64,000 nt of DNA, from positions 16,988,001 through 17,052,000 of the forward strand of contig CM074514.1 of assembly GCA_037379345.1 (NCBI GenBank), read 5' to 3'. Position 1 is the first letter of the stretch. Each line of letters begins with the position of its first letter. The notes beneath the pieces are model-generated. The model saw nothing but the letters and a program-made list of their open reading frames with translations, did no database searches and was not told the origin of the DNA. This stretch comes from Perna viridis (Eukaryota). Both the position numbers and the translations under genes were made by a program. Positions 1 to 11,234 of the stretch are shown piece by piece.

Positions 1-33
1 AATTACAACGACCATGCGGGTCCTAAAATGGTC

Positions 34-125
34 CTATCTAGGGTCGTCACCTTTTGGCATAAATAGTTTTCGGCGCTCCCACACTGTACTATGTGGATAA
101 TCATCATCAGCATCGCCATTGACTG
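34..125 (-). CDS. PDZ gene terminal coding exon (PVNGDADDDYPHSTVWERRKLFMPKGDDPR*)
   Basis: Acceptor ggattttag, phase 1 matches; peptide resembles the end of exon 4 (EEDYEYTSVRDRKKQFIETRQDAP). Confidence 0.7.
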
Positions 126-3100
126 CTAAAATCCAGTTAAAAATTTAATCTTTTGATGAACTAATTGCAAAGAAATTCAGCACATCTACTGCAAACATCA
201 CATTGAAACTTAACTACCAGCACCGTAAATTAAGCATTTACAACAATGATCACACAATCCATCGATTCTTATCCAACACTATACAATTAAAAATATAATT
301 TTAACACAATACAAAGACATAAATAATAACAATGTTATCACTTGAACAATAAAGACAAGACTTACGTGGAGCATCTTGACGGGTTTCTATAAACTGTTTC
401 TTCCTATCTCTGACAGACGTGTATTCATAATCCTCCTCTGGCACTGGGTCCTCTGCCCTCACATAGTCTGGCTGTAAATCCCCAACAGTCTGATATGTTG
501 GTGTATACGGTTCTTGTTGTGGCTGGGGTTGATATTGGTTTTGAGGAGGTTGATACTGCTGAGGTGGAGGTTGATACTGCTGTTGTGGAGGAGGCTGATA
601 TTGCTGTTGGGAAGGAGACTGATATTGTTGGGGAGGAGGACGATATTGTTGCTGTTGAGGAGGTGGTCTGTACTGTTGTTGTTGAGGTTGTTGATATTGC
701 TGTTGATAATATCCTTGTGGAGGACTAGTTGGTGAGAGGGCGCTGTCTAAACTATCCTGGACGCGGTTCATCATACTGCCTCCAGCGGGTGCTGGGACTG
801 GCTGCCATGTTGTTGATGACTTTTTGTTAGATTGAAAAGATTGTCCAAAAGATGTCGTGCCTCCACCGAATTTATTAAGCGTGACTTTCCTTGGTGTGTG
901 ACCGGCAATTGGTGGTGGCATGTTCGATTGTGTTGTATCGGAAGCTCGTCTCTATAAAAAAACCAAATATTTGATGTATAATTGAGTAAAAACCAAAGAC
1001 AAATGATCAATTTTTAAGCAGAGTGTTGTTTTAAATTTTAAGTCTTCTTCTTGCTTATTATTTCTGTTGTTTTTGTTTTTGTTTTTTTTTTTTTTTGCTG
1101 TTTTTTTTTTACGTTTTCGTCCTGTTTTGGTTTATTTCACTTCCGTTTTTTTTTTTTTTGGTTTTTTTTTTGCTTTATATGTTGGTTTTAGTCTTTAGAC
1201 ACTTGCGATGTGATACATTTTGATACATAAACCGGTATGAAGAGTTTAAGTAGCACTCCACATAAGAATCATGCAAAATGTGATACATGATTGGAAAGCT
1301 TACATATTTTTATTTTTGATATCTTGTTTAAAATGCTTTAGTAAACAGAAATTAACATTTGGTTTTTCATATAACCCGTGCTCAAAGGAGATAAAAATTG
1401 TATAGAATGCACTGTAGAATTCAAAAGTAAGGGAGATAACTCAAGGTAAATGACACTCAAATACAATAGAATCTATTGGATTTTCAGTGTTGATTATCTC
1501 TTAAGAGCAGGCAGATTTGAATGAATAATAACACATTTCATAATATAGTCCCATAAAACAACTTAATTAAAAGAATAAAAATATGTAGCCTTTTTTGGGG
1601 TGTATCACATTTTTCAGATTTTGCATGATTCTTACAAAGAAAGCTACTTACGTATTAGAAATTTGCTTTATTCCTTTTCTGACGACAAAGAAATTTCAAG
1701 AGTTGATCCCAGTTCAATTCACGGATGTTTGATGAATTAGCGTTTTTAGATGAATTTAACGACTTCTTGAATTCACAGACGCCGAACCTTTTATAAATGA
1801 CACTGAATTTACAGTGACTTTTCTACAACCATGACAGTCTTTTGTTACCAATCTAGTTAACAATTCAATGGATAGACAAAGCTATTGGGGCATTTAAACT
1901 GACCAGTTTCTATTGAAAGAGTTGGTGAATACTCACTTAGCTAGCTCCTAGTTATTTAAATCTGAAGCAGCTACCTGGGTTATTCTATTTATCATTGTTG
2001 AGGGGAGTTAATAATTTAATAAATTATATTTTGTTTTGTATTTTGTTGACAAGGTTGAAAACAATGATTTAGAATAGTATATTAAAGTACTTATTTTATC
2101 TTAACAACATTGCACAAAGTCTTAAATATTATTATAAAAATGAGACCTCAATCAGTATTTATTCCCTCCTTCAAAAAACTGGAATAGGCCTACCAATGCG
2201 CCCTTTTAATGTAAAGTATATGATTCATACTATAGTTAAAGAACAAGTGTTATATTAAATGCAAACAGTTTGGGGTTCACGTTAATAACAATTTTTGAAA
2301 TAGTGCTATGAGTTTATTTTATTCAATTTTGAGTACGAGTAAGCTTAAAAGTGAATTAAATGCTTTACTAATGGTGAAGGATTTCAATTGGAATTATGAT
2401 GTTCCGGATTAACTGCACTGGTTTTCGTAGTTTGGGATTAAGTTTCATGTTAATAATAACTTTCATTTGTGTTATAGTTTGGGATTTGGTGCATTGAGTT
2501 TGATTGAAATTATAATTTGGGATTATAAGTGCAATGATTTTCAATGAAATTTAAGATTTGGAATAAGTGTTATTTACATTGGAACTTTGGATTAAGTACA
2601 GTTCATTGAATTTATAGCTTTGGATTTAAATGCTGTTTTCCTTGAAACTTTTGTGGATCATTAAAGTACAACGATTTTCATTCAAATGTAATAGTTTGGG
2701 ATTTAGTGCATTTCTATAAGTGCAATGATTTTCATTATCGTAAAATGTAGTACAGCTTGGGGTTGTGTGCAATGATATACATGTAACTGGAATAATATGG
2801 AGAATATTTCTTAGTTTCATTTTCATTCAGGATTAAGTGCTATGATTTACAGCTCTGATTTGAGTGTTGTGCGTGAAAATGATTCTTGGAATTATACTTA
2901 TGGCTGAAGTGCATTAAATTTCATCAGAACTATATATACGTTTTGTACATGTATATTTTAAATAATATAATATATGTGTGCAAGAAATTTATAAGAATCC
3001 AAACTATTATTAAAGTAGATACTTTGACGGAGTATATTTCAACGCATACATTTAAACAACAGTATTCAATGGATTCAGCTTTGAGATGGGACAATTCAAA

Positions 3101-6100
3101 TAAATAGTAGCATAACATTGTAACTTCAAGTTATTGTTCATTCCATGAAAGTGTTACTATTTTACTTTAATTTGTCATTTCATATTTGCCATCCACTTGG
3201 GGACCTGTGGGTTTAAAGCTTTTTTTCTTGGAAAAATATAAACAACATTCACAACCAATAGTTTTCCACATTAGTACTTTTCCTGTGTTAGCAAGCACAA
3301 AAGATACAAATTATGTGAAAAACACATTAAATTCCCTCAAAACACATTGTGAGTAATATTCACAAGCTGAGAAAATTCCATATGATGTGAAACATAGCCA
3401 GTATTGGCTGCCTTACACCTGACCAGGTAAATTTTCATTGGTGAGTGGCTACCTATTGAAGCAACTGGTCAATTTAAATGTCTCACTAGCTTTATCAATC
3501 CATTGAATTGTTTTGTTTGTTATTTGTTTGTTGGGGTTTAACGTCCGAGCAGCAATATTTCAGCTATATTCAGACGATGAAAATGAAATTGATGATAAAA
3601 TGAACATGAAATGATGATGAAACGAAAAAGTGATGGAACAAAAGAACAATGGGGTCGACAAATTTTGATTGACGCTGGAAATAGGGAGAGGTGGGTAGGG
3701 TCGGGCAATTTAGCCTCCTGTGGCGGAGCCCTATGGTTCCTACTCCGGGAGAATACCACAGTAGGGTTCTTTAACGTGCAAGGAACGTGGCATCTTTCCC
3801 AACACGGTGCACCACTATGGTTTGCGGTCAGGTTTTCCGTATTATAGCCTGACAACTCCAGCATGTAACACGCCTGGGGTACCCCATTCCACCACCTGGG
3901 GCACACATCCCAGTTGCTCTGTGGGCAGAGCGCCCTAGCCCCCGGCTAAGGTTCTGAGCACTATTTAGTCGCCTTTTACTACAAGCTTAGCGCTGCTGCA
4001 GGCCTATTCTTTTAACACCCGGACCTGCACGGGGCCATTGAATTGTTAACCAGATTGGTAACAAAAGACTGTCACGGTTGTGGGAAAGTCACTGTAACTC
4101 GCCGTACACTTACACCTTACACTTAGAAGGCTTCATATCAGCAGGAACGTACTATTATTTTCAGTCTATTACTGGCCATGTTTGAGCTTCTAGTCTACTG
4201 TACTCTGATGGACACAAGTGATACTACTTTCTCATGTCAGCATTATTTTGTAAACGCCCACATATACTACTGACCTTGCGTACGTCTGAACCACGCGTGT
4301 GTCGGCGCTAAATGTGGCATAAGATATACCGCTTAGCGGTTTTTTTTGCTGGGTGTATAATTTGGCGATTTTGAGGTAAAAAGGTAGACGAGAATTTTTG
4401 CGTTTCTAATTTTGACGAGTGCTTAGTGATAAACTTAGAACTTAAACCAAGGGTAAAATTTGCAAAAATACGCAAAAATTACCACCCCGCCAAAATAACC
4501 CAATATACGGTACTTCCGTTCAAGATATCGGAAATATTTTGTATTAACATTCTTGTACAATATACATATAAGTTCAGCATCGAAACTGTCTAGAGATTGG
4601 GTGATGTTCTGGTATTTAGATATTTACATTACTGCCTCTGATCAGAGTTACGGACATATGAGTAGCTACTTGCGTGGAAGATTAATTAGTGCAGTGCCTG
4701 AACCAAACGGGAGCAGGGGAGGGGGTGGCACTCCTCTTTTTTTGGAAAATTCGTCATTTTCAATTGAAAAATTGACAAAAAAATATCAAATAATGTCGTA
4801 GCATCCTGGTGCTTTAGTCGGGCATTGTTTATACTTACTTTGAAGAATAATGCACTAGACGAACAGCGTTTGCACTTACGTTGAAGAGAACGGTGGTGCT
4901 TATTCGGACAGCATTAAGACATACGATGAAGATTATGAATGAAGCTTTGAAGGAGCAGTCTTTATACTTACGTTAAAAGAATTTGATGTGACTCTATTTG
5001 GGTAGTGTTGATGCTTACATTTTGGAGATTGGATTGTGTTTCAGTCGGACAGTGTTTATACTCACGTTAAAAAGACTTGATTGTGCTTTAGTCGGGCAGA
5101 GTTTATACTCACGTTAAAGAGATTGGATGGTGCTCTAGTCGGGCTTGACGGTGTCAGAGGCTGAATGTGGACACTTCCTGGGGAGGGTCTGAAAAGTTCA
5201 TAGAGTGTATGTTTCTATAGTTTATGTTTAGCACAAAAACATATATGTTTATTAATTATAATATATTTATAATAACGCCGGTTAATGAGCATTAGCTTCG
5301 CGAAATATAAGCTACAGGTAAATTACGGAAAAAGATATTAGTACTAAAGAAATAAATCGGAATGCCATTTGTAGATACCAACCTTGTGGTTACATTAATA
5401 TATGTCTTGTTGAATACATTTTTTTTCAATTAGCCTAGCTATTACGGTATGTAATATATATAAATGTACATACATAGATCAATCATATAGTATTGATAGA
5501 TGCAAATACCATTTATATGTATCATTTCTATAATTAATAGATCTTAAAAAAAACTGTAGCACCTAAACGTCCTTCCGGTATAGTGTTCCTCAGTATTTTT
5601 TTCTGTTTTTTTATAACAGTATCTTCGTTTGTGTGTATGTGTTGTTTTTCAAATAATTATTAGTAACTGATTTTATGCGCAATTACAACGAAATAGTAAT
5701 GTTTCCACAAATGGGACAAAATTGAAAAGTGAAATCAAGAAAAAATGGCTTTTTTAAATGTTCTATACAGTGGCTTCAGTATACCGTATATAGAATTATC
5801 AACAGAAAGACTTGATGTCCATACCTTTGAACTTTGAGGTCTATTTGACCACCAGCAAACTTGATGGCGTCTTGTGCCTGTTTATGGGTGAAACTTCCGG
5901 AATCACGTCCGTTAATAGAGAGGATGATGTCTCCCCTTTGAAGTTCCCCCTCCGCAGGACTGTTCGAAAATACCTTTAAAAAATCCAGGAAGGATTAGAA
6001 AAAAACTTCTACGTTAATAGCTTTGTAATGTAAGTCAAAGAATGCAATATACTCTGAAAAAAAAGCAAAATAAGCACAAGAAAAAGATGCTCTGACCATC

Positions 6101-9100
6101 AAGTTGACATGAAAAGATCAGTTCTTTAACTCTAGAGTAAATAACAACACACTTTTTACCAAAACAGACATAAAATGCGTGACGGAGAGTGAGAAACGAT
6201 CAAGCAATTAAATCGTGGAAAACTAATCAGATGCAAATAACCTTGTTCTTATGAGAAACCACAAACAAAATTGCGTTGCCGGATAGACGAATATATCAAT
6301 AATTCATAAATTATGCGTTTTCTGGACTCTTTTCAAAAGCATCACTCACACAATTATAACATAATTTGTTTATCTGTGATATAGAATTCTAATGGAATGT
6401 TACAGAAATCTGATAAATATAATAAGCAATTTAAATGTAGATGGTAAGGATGGATAATAGAATTCTACAAACAATTGTATGCCTTGTGTCCTGCTACTTG
6501 TTACGTAACATCAGTTTCATGATAGTGCCTATACACAGTAGACAAGTAGAAAACCTAACTAATATACTATGAAAAATGTCATTCCGATAATTTGTTCGAA
6601 ATTACCCGTCACCTGAATTTTTTGCAATGACGTTTTTATGATGAACAATAGAAAGAAAAAATGTTCTTGTTTAGTGAATAACTAGCGAAAATTCCTCTTT
6701 TAAATTAAAAAAAAATCATTTTGACACCAACTTGTAAACGTCATACAATCCAAGGGACCTTGTGAAGGTCATAAAGTTGCTTACTTTGCCTTTTCAGTAG
6801 CACATATTGATGTACTCTGGTGCAATGAAGGTTACTGTAGACATTAACTAATACATTTGTAAGAAACAATGTAGATATCAGTGGGTATCTACTGTTATAT
6901 TAATAGATAGAAGATGGCTCGGCGCCATACTGAAACATGAAAGTGATGAAGTCACTTAGGGGCACAAGAAGGGTAAATATCCATTGGTTTGTATATTCTA
7001 GACGATTAATCTCTTTTCCATATAACTAAATAAATCGTGTCTGTATTCTTTCATGTACTTTAGTAAAAAGGAGTTCGGTATCTTCTCTCCCAAGCAAAAA
7101 GCCTCATCCACAACACCTGTTATCAAATCCCTTATTTTACAATTTTAGAAGGTAAATTGATCATTGTTCACCTACGAATAAATTCTTACGCCATTGTTTC
7201 CAAAAATAATTCAAAATATTTATTTGATTACAAACAGTTACCATAACAAATAATGTTTAAGAGAAATTTAAACAATACGCCATAGCATTATTTACCACGA
7301 CAGCCTTGAGATTTATGTCCGGTAATATTTCTACAGTTTTTCTTTTAACTACTGGGTAGGTCAAGAAAATAGCAGAAACATTTTTTATACAACACGTATT
7401 ACTAGAATAACAGAAGACAGAGACAACATCTGTCTTACCCGAATATCGATCGGTTCACTTCCAGCTCGAGTAAACACTCTAATAAGAGCCATCACAAACA
7501 AGTGTCTAACCCCATCCTACAGATCACTGCCTTCACAAACTAATAATTCTTTATTAATGTCATTGTTAATTAAAACAAACAAATGTTGCGCAGTTTGGCA
7601 TAATGAACGCCCACTTAACGATTCCCAGGGTCAAGGGAACATATAAAAAATATTTACCACGGTTGATACCGAGAACTTTGCAGATGAAGCTCAAATATTA
7701 CAACAAAACATTAACAATAGTACATGGGCCTGTTTACAACAGAAGATATTTATTTCTTGCCAGAACATAATCTAACAAAACTCAGGACTCGTGGTGTTCA
7801 TTCCGTTATCTTTTTTTTTTTGCTTACATTTTCTAGTATTGGGGAGCTTGTTTCAGAAATAGATATTAACAATCGAATGATGTAATAGCATAAATTAGCA
7901 TTTTGAAGCGAAATTGAAGCTATTCTTCAAGTCGACCAAGTATTTGTTCGAATCAAATACCAGAATCCAGCCGTGCTTGATATGAATCAGGTTGAGTGAT
8001 TGATTGTTGGGGTTTAACGCCCGAGCAGCAATATTTCAGCTATATTCAGGCGATGAACATGAAGTGGATGATAAAATGAACATGAAATGATGATGAAATG
8101 AAAAATGGGTTGGGACACAAGGATAATGGGGTCGACAAATTTTGATTGCCACTGGAAATAGGGAGAGGTGGATATGGTCGGGCAATTTAGCCTTCTGTGG
8201 CGGAGCCCTATGATTCCTACTCCGGGAGAATACCACAGTAGGGTTCTTTAACGTGCGATGAACGTGGCATCTTTCCCAACACGGTGCACTACTTTGGTTT
8301 GCGGTCAGGTTTTCCGTATTATAGTCTGACAACCCCAGCATGTAACACGCCTGGAGTACCCCATTCCACCACCTGGGTCACACAACCCAGTTGCTCTGTG
8401 GGCAGAGCGCTCTAGCCCTGGCTAGGGTTCTGAGCACTATTTAGTCGCCTTTTACGACAAGCTTAGCGCTGCTGCAGGCCTGTTATTTTGACACCCGGAC
8501 TCGCACGGGACGATATGAATCAGGAGCTGCATGTTTGGCGGAAAAGAAAAGCGGTCTAAAGCTAAGCGGTAGATAGTGTGGCGGTGGTTTGGTGCTATAA
8601 GTAGGTACAGGCTGCGTATTCATTTAACATACTGTAAACATAAAACAGCAATTAGTGAATCGCATCTTTATAATATATATACTCGATGACTACATTGCGC
8701 AAAACAGCAATTACTGGTATAGTCGAGTGTTAATTTCGCTAATTATGTAAATAATTACTAGTCGAAAAAGTGGGTAACTTTAACATAAAAAAAACACTGT
8801 AGGCTTCCATTCATTCATTAGAATCAATTAAATATAAAATGGATTACTAGCGTTGTGGGTAGATTATACAAGGACTGTGTATTATTACAGAGGTAGAAAG
8901 CTTTCTTGTCTGACTGATCATGGCTGTATTGAGGAATTTGGCGATCATGTACTCTAATGAGGTACAGATGTATAAAAAGTACCGGTATTAATTAGATGGG
9001 GAATCCATTTGATCGATTAGTGTTCTGGTGGAAGGGAAAGACAGTTATTATTATATCATGATACTGGTATATAATACTCGTTTAATTAAGGATAGTAAAC

Positions 9101-11234
9101 TGAAAGAGAACCAGTATGAGATGAGTATGAATGGAATCAATGCATGGCAAAAAAATCGAATAACTCGGTTACATTGTTTTAAGTCATCATATATTACAGG
9201 ATCTGCAAATATTTATTAAACGCAAGTAAAAGTGAAAGACGTAATTGTTTATGAAAAAAGATATCTCTTGATAAATTTCTATAACAACCATTAACCTCAA
9301 GATATAGCTCTTTTTGTTACTTAGCACAGAACGTGTGAAACGAGGAACATTTTATGATAGAAACAAGAAAACAAACCGCGACTCCCAATCAAGCCTATGA
9401 TAGAAACAAGAATACAGACCGCGACTGCCAAACAAGCCTATGATAGAAACAAGAATACAGACCGCTACTCCCAAACAAGGCTATGATAGACACACGATAA
9501 ACAAACCGCGACTCTCAAACAAGACTATGATAGAAACACGAAAACTAACCGCGACTCCCAAACAAGACTATTACAGAAACAAGAAAAACAAACCGTGACT
9601 CCCAAACAAGACTATTACAGAAACTAGAAAAACAAACCGTGACTCCCAAACAAGACTATTACAGAAACAAGAAAAACAAACCGTGACTCCCAAACAAGAC
9701 TATGATAGAAACAAGAAAAACAAACCGTGACTCCCAAACAAGACAATGATAGAAACAAGAAAAACAAACCGTGACTCCCAAACAAGACTATTACAGAAAC
9801 AAGAAAAACAAACCGTGACTCCCAAACAAGACTATGATAGAAACAAGAAAAATAAACCGTGACTCCCAAACAAGACTATGATAGAAACAAGAAAAACAAA
9901 CCGTGACTCCCAAACAAGACTATGATACAAATCTTAGTGGCTAATGCAAATTTGGACCAAAACTACACAAACACAGCATTGATCTGCTACTTCTAAAACA
10001 CATTGGTAATACAAATATATATGCATAGGTAATAGAGGTTAATCTCTAACTGGTGGATCGTTTCGTAAAATTTCATATGTTAAACATGTCAAAGAAAATA
10101 TCATAATGGATACTGGACAACTACAAATGATCTTTAACTAATTAATTACCCTTGATCGACGTAGTCATATTATTGGTGGTTTATCAAGGCATGTCCCATT
10201 CTTTATAAGAAGACAGAATTATGAAACTACATTGTATACCGTAAAACAGTAAAATAATACGGCAATTCAGGTAACGGGAACTTTAGTCAAAGTTCATAAA
10301 ACACCCAGTAAAATATGTCGTCGATAAAAGAAATGAGAACTCTATGTATGATGGTTCAATGTCAAGGGTGGAACAATTTTGGATTGTTTCCATGGATATC
10401 AGCATGTCTGTTACATGAACAAAATACTCTTTGCGGCTGTCGCATAAATCTTGGATTGTGTACAAGTAATAAATGCTGCATTATGAGAAAAAAAGTTTCA
10501 GATACGCATCTTGTTCTAAGGGTGTTATACGCCTACACAATTTCAAAATAACATTGCTTAAAAAGAAAATAAATCAAGTAAATATAGGATAAATGAGTAA
10601 ATAAAAAAATGGTAAAAGCAATATCGGAAGTGACAATCAGCTGATTTGAATGAACCAGATATAACTAATTCATTATCTGAAAACGAGAGATTAACGAACC
10701 CCTGTGTAGCACCTCTATCTACCTGGATCCTTAAAGAGAGATGCACGAGTCTGATCCAGATGTGCGGTTTCTGGTTACAGATAATAAAATTTAAAGTGTT
10801 AATGTTAATTTTATCACTTAATAAATATTTTGTTAACAGTTTTTACATGCTTGATAATGACTGATTTTATCTCAAAGTGGTAGAAGTGTCCCCTGTCAAT
10901 CACAAAACAAAACCAACGTATGCATGCGACGAAATTTGTACTCACCCTTGCCGCGCCAAGGAAGTGGTGGGGAGGACGAGAAGGAGGCTCACGTCGTTGT
11001 ATTTACTTATTAACGTCGATGTAATTTGTAATCAACGACAGAATTGAAGCGGAAGCAGACTTTCTCACCTGGGCTAACCCACGTATCAACTTCACCTGCC
11101 GACTATATTTGGTAAACCCATGCATTAGAATATCTTACCCTCTGAATAACTAATGCCTGGTTTAAATCCTTTCCGCCCTGGAGCCGGAATCCCCAGGGCG
11201 TTTCGAACGAGTCCCGGTACAACTTCACCAACAT
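34..11234 (-). CDS. PDZ-domain, Gln/Pro/Tyr-rich protein of ALP/Enigma (PDLIM/Zasp)-like type, LIM-less isoform; exons 11139-11234, 5825-5973, 5113-5188, 366-951, 34-125 (999 nt, 332 aa)
   Basis: All junctions are GT-AG with matching phases (0,2,0,1). N-terminus MLVKLYRDSFETPWGFRLQGGKDLNQALVIQR|VFSNSPAEGELQRGDIILSINGRDSGSFTHKQAQDAIKFAGGQIDLKVQR carries the PWGFRLxGG signature of ALP/Enigma PDZ domains. The large exon is the 301..921 ORF with QQQYQPPP repeats. Stop TAG at 34-36. Confidence 0.85.
366..951 (-). CDS. PDZ gene exon 4: low-complexity Q/P/Y region
   Basis: ORF 301..921; acceptor tttttatag at 952, donor C|GTAAG at 365. Confidence 0.9.
1248..1649. mobile_element. Degenerate TIR element (TTAA-associated, Kolobok-like)
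   Basis: AAGTAGC..TAAGAATCATGCAAAATGTGATACA versus TGTATCACATTTT..TTTTGCATGATTCTTA..GCTACTT. Confidence 0.6.
2385..2915. repeat. Old degenerate ~35-40-bp tandem repeat
   Basis: Recurrent TTTGGGATTAAGTGCA...TTTCATT...ATAG. Confidence 0.65.
3513..4034 (-). mobile_element. SINE-like retroelement, copy 1 (~520 bp)
   Basis: 13-bp TSD CCATTGAATTGTT (3500-3512, 4035-4047); (CAAA)n tail; highly similar to copies 2 and 3; central CGTTAAAGAACCC...GAGTAGG...GGCTAAATT resembles the Deu/Nin SINE domain. Confidence 0.9.
4328..4510. mobile_element. MITE-like element with imperfect TIRs (TA-CCG...CGG-TA)
   Basis: TACCGCTTAGCGGTTTTTTTTGCTGGG versus reverse complement of the right end TACCGTATATTGGGTTATTTTGGCGGG. 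Confidence 0.55.
4805..5145 (-). repeat. Degenerate ~47-bp tandem repeat derived from an exon end plus splice donor
   Basis: Unit ACTCACGTTAAAGAGATTGGATGGTGCTCTAGTCGGGC(AGAGTTTAT); about 7 copies. Confidence 0.8.
5113..5188 (-). CDS. PDZ gene exon 3 (PSPGSVHIQPLTPSSPTRAPSNLFN)
   Basis: Acceptor ttttcag, donor GTGAGT; phases match both flanking exons. Confidence 0.8.
5825..5973 (-). CDS. PDZ gene exon 2: C-terminal half of PDZ domain
   Basis: VFSNSPAEGELQRGDIILSINGRD...HKQAQDAIKFAGGQIDLKVQR; acceptor ttttttaaag, donor AG|GTATG. Confidence 0.9.
7439..7492 (-). CDS. Probable alternative first coding exon of the PDZ gene (MALIRVFTRAGSEPIDIR)
   Basis: ATG at 7492, 18 codons, strong donor CGG|GTAAG in phase 0, in frame with exon 5825-5973. 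Confidence 0.5.
7992..8511 (-). mobile_element. SINE-like retroelement, copy 2
   Basis: 13-bp TSD GATATGAATCAGG (7979-7991, 8512-8524); (CAAT)n tail. Confidence 0.9.
9353..9927. repeat. 44-bp minisatellite, about 13 copies
   Basis: Unit AAGACTATGATAGAAACAAGAAAAACAAACCGTGACTCCCAAAC. Confidence 0.95.
11139..11234 (-). CDS. PDZ gene exon 1: N-terminal half of PDZ domain
   Basis: ATG at 11234; MLVKLYRDSFETPWGFRLQGGKDLNQALVIQR; donor AGG|GTAAG. Confidence 0.9.

Noticed and set aside
3538-3906. Similar ORFs at 3538, 8036 and 43195
   Set aside because: Lie inside SINE copies; frames are not conserved between copies; no RT or endonuclease motifs
9353-9927. Regular repeats resembling a CRISPR array (also 27442-27908)
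   Set aside because: Head-to-tail units with no unique spacers, no cas genes, eukaryotic intron context
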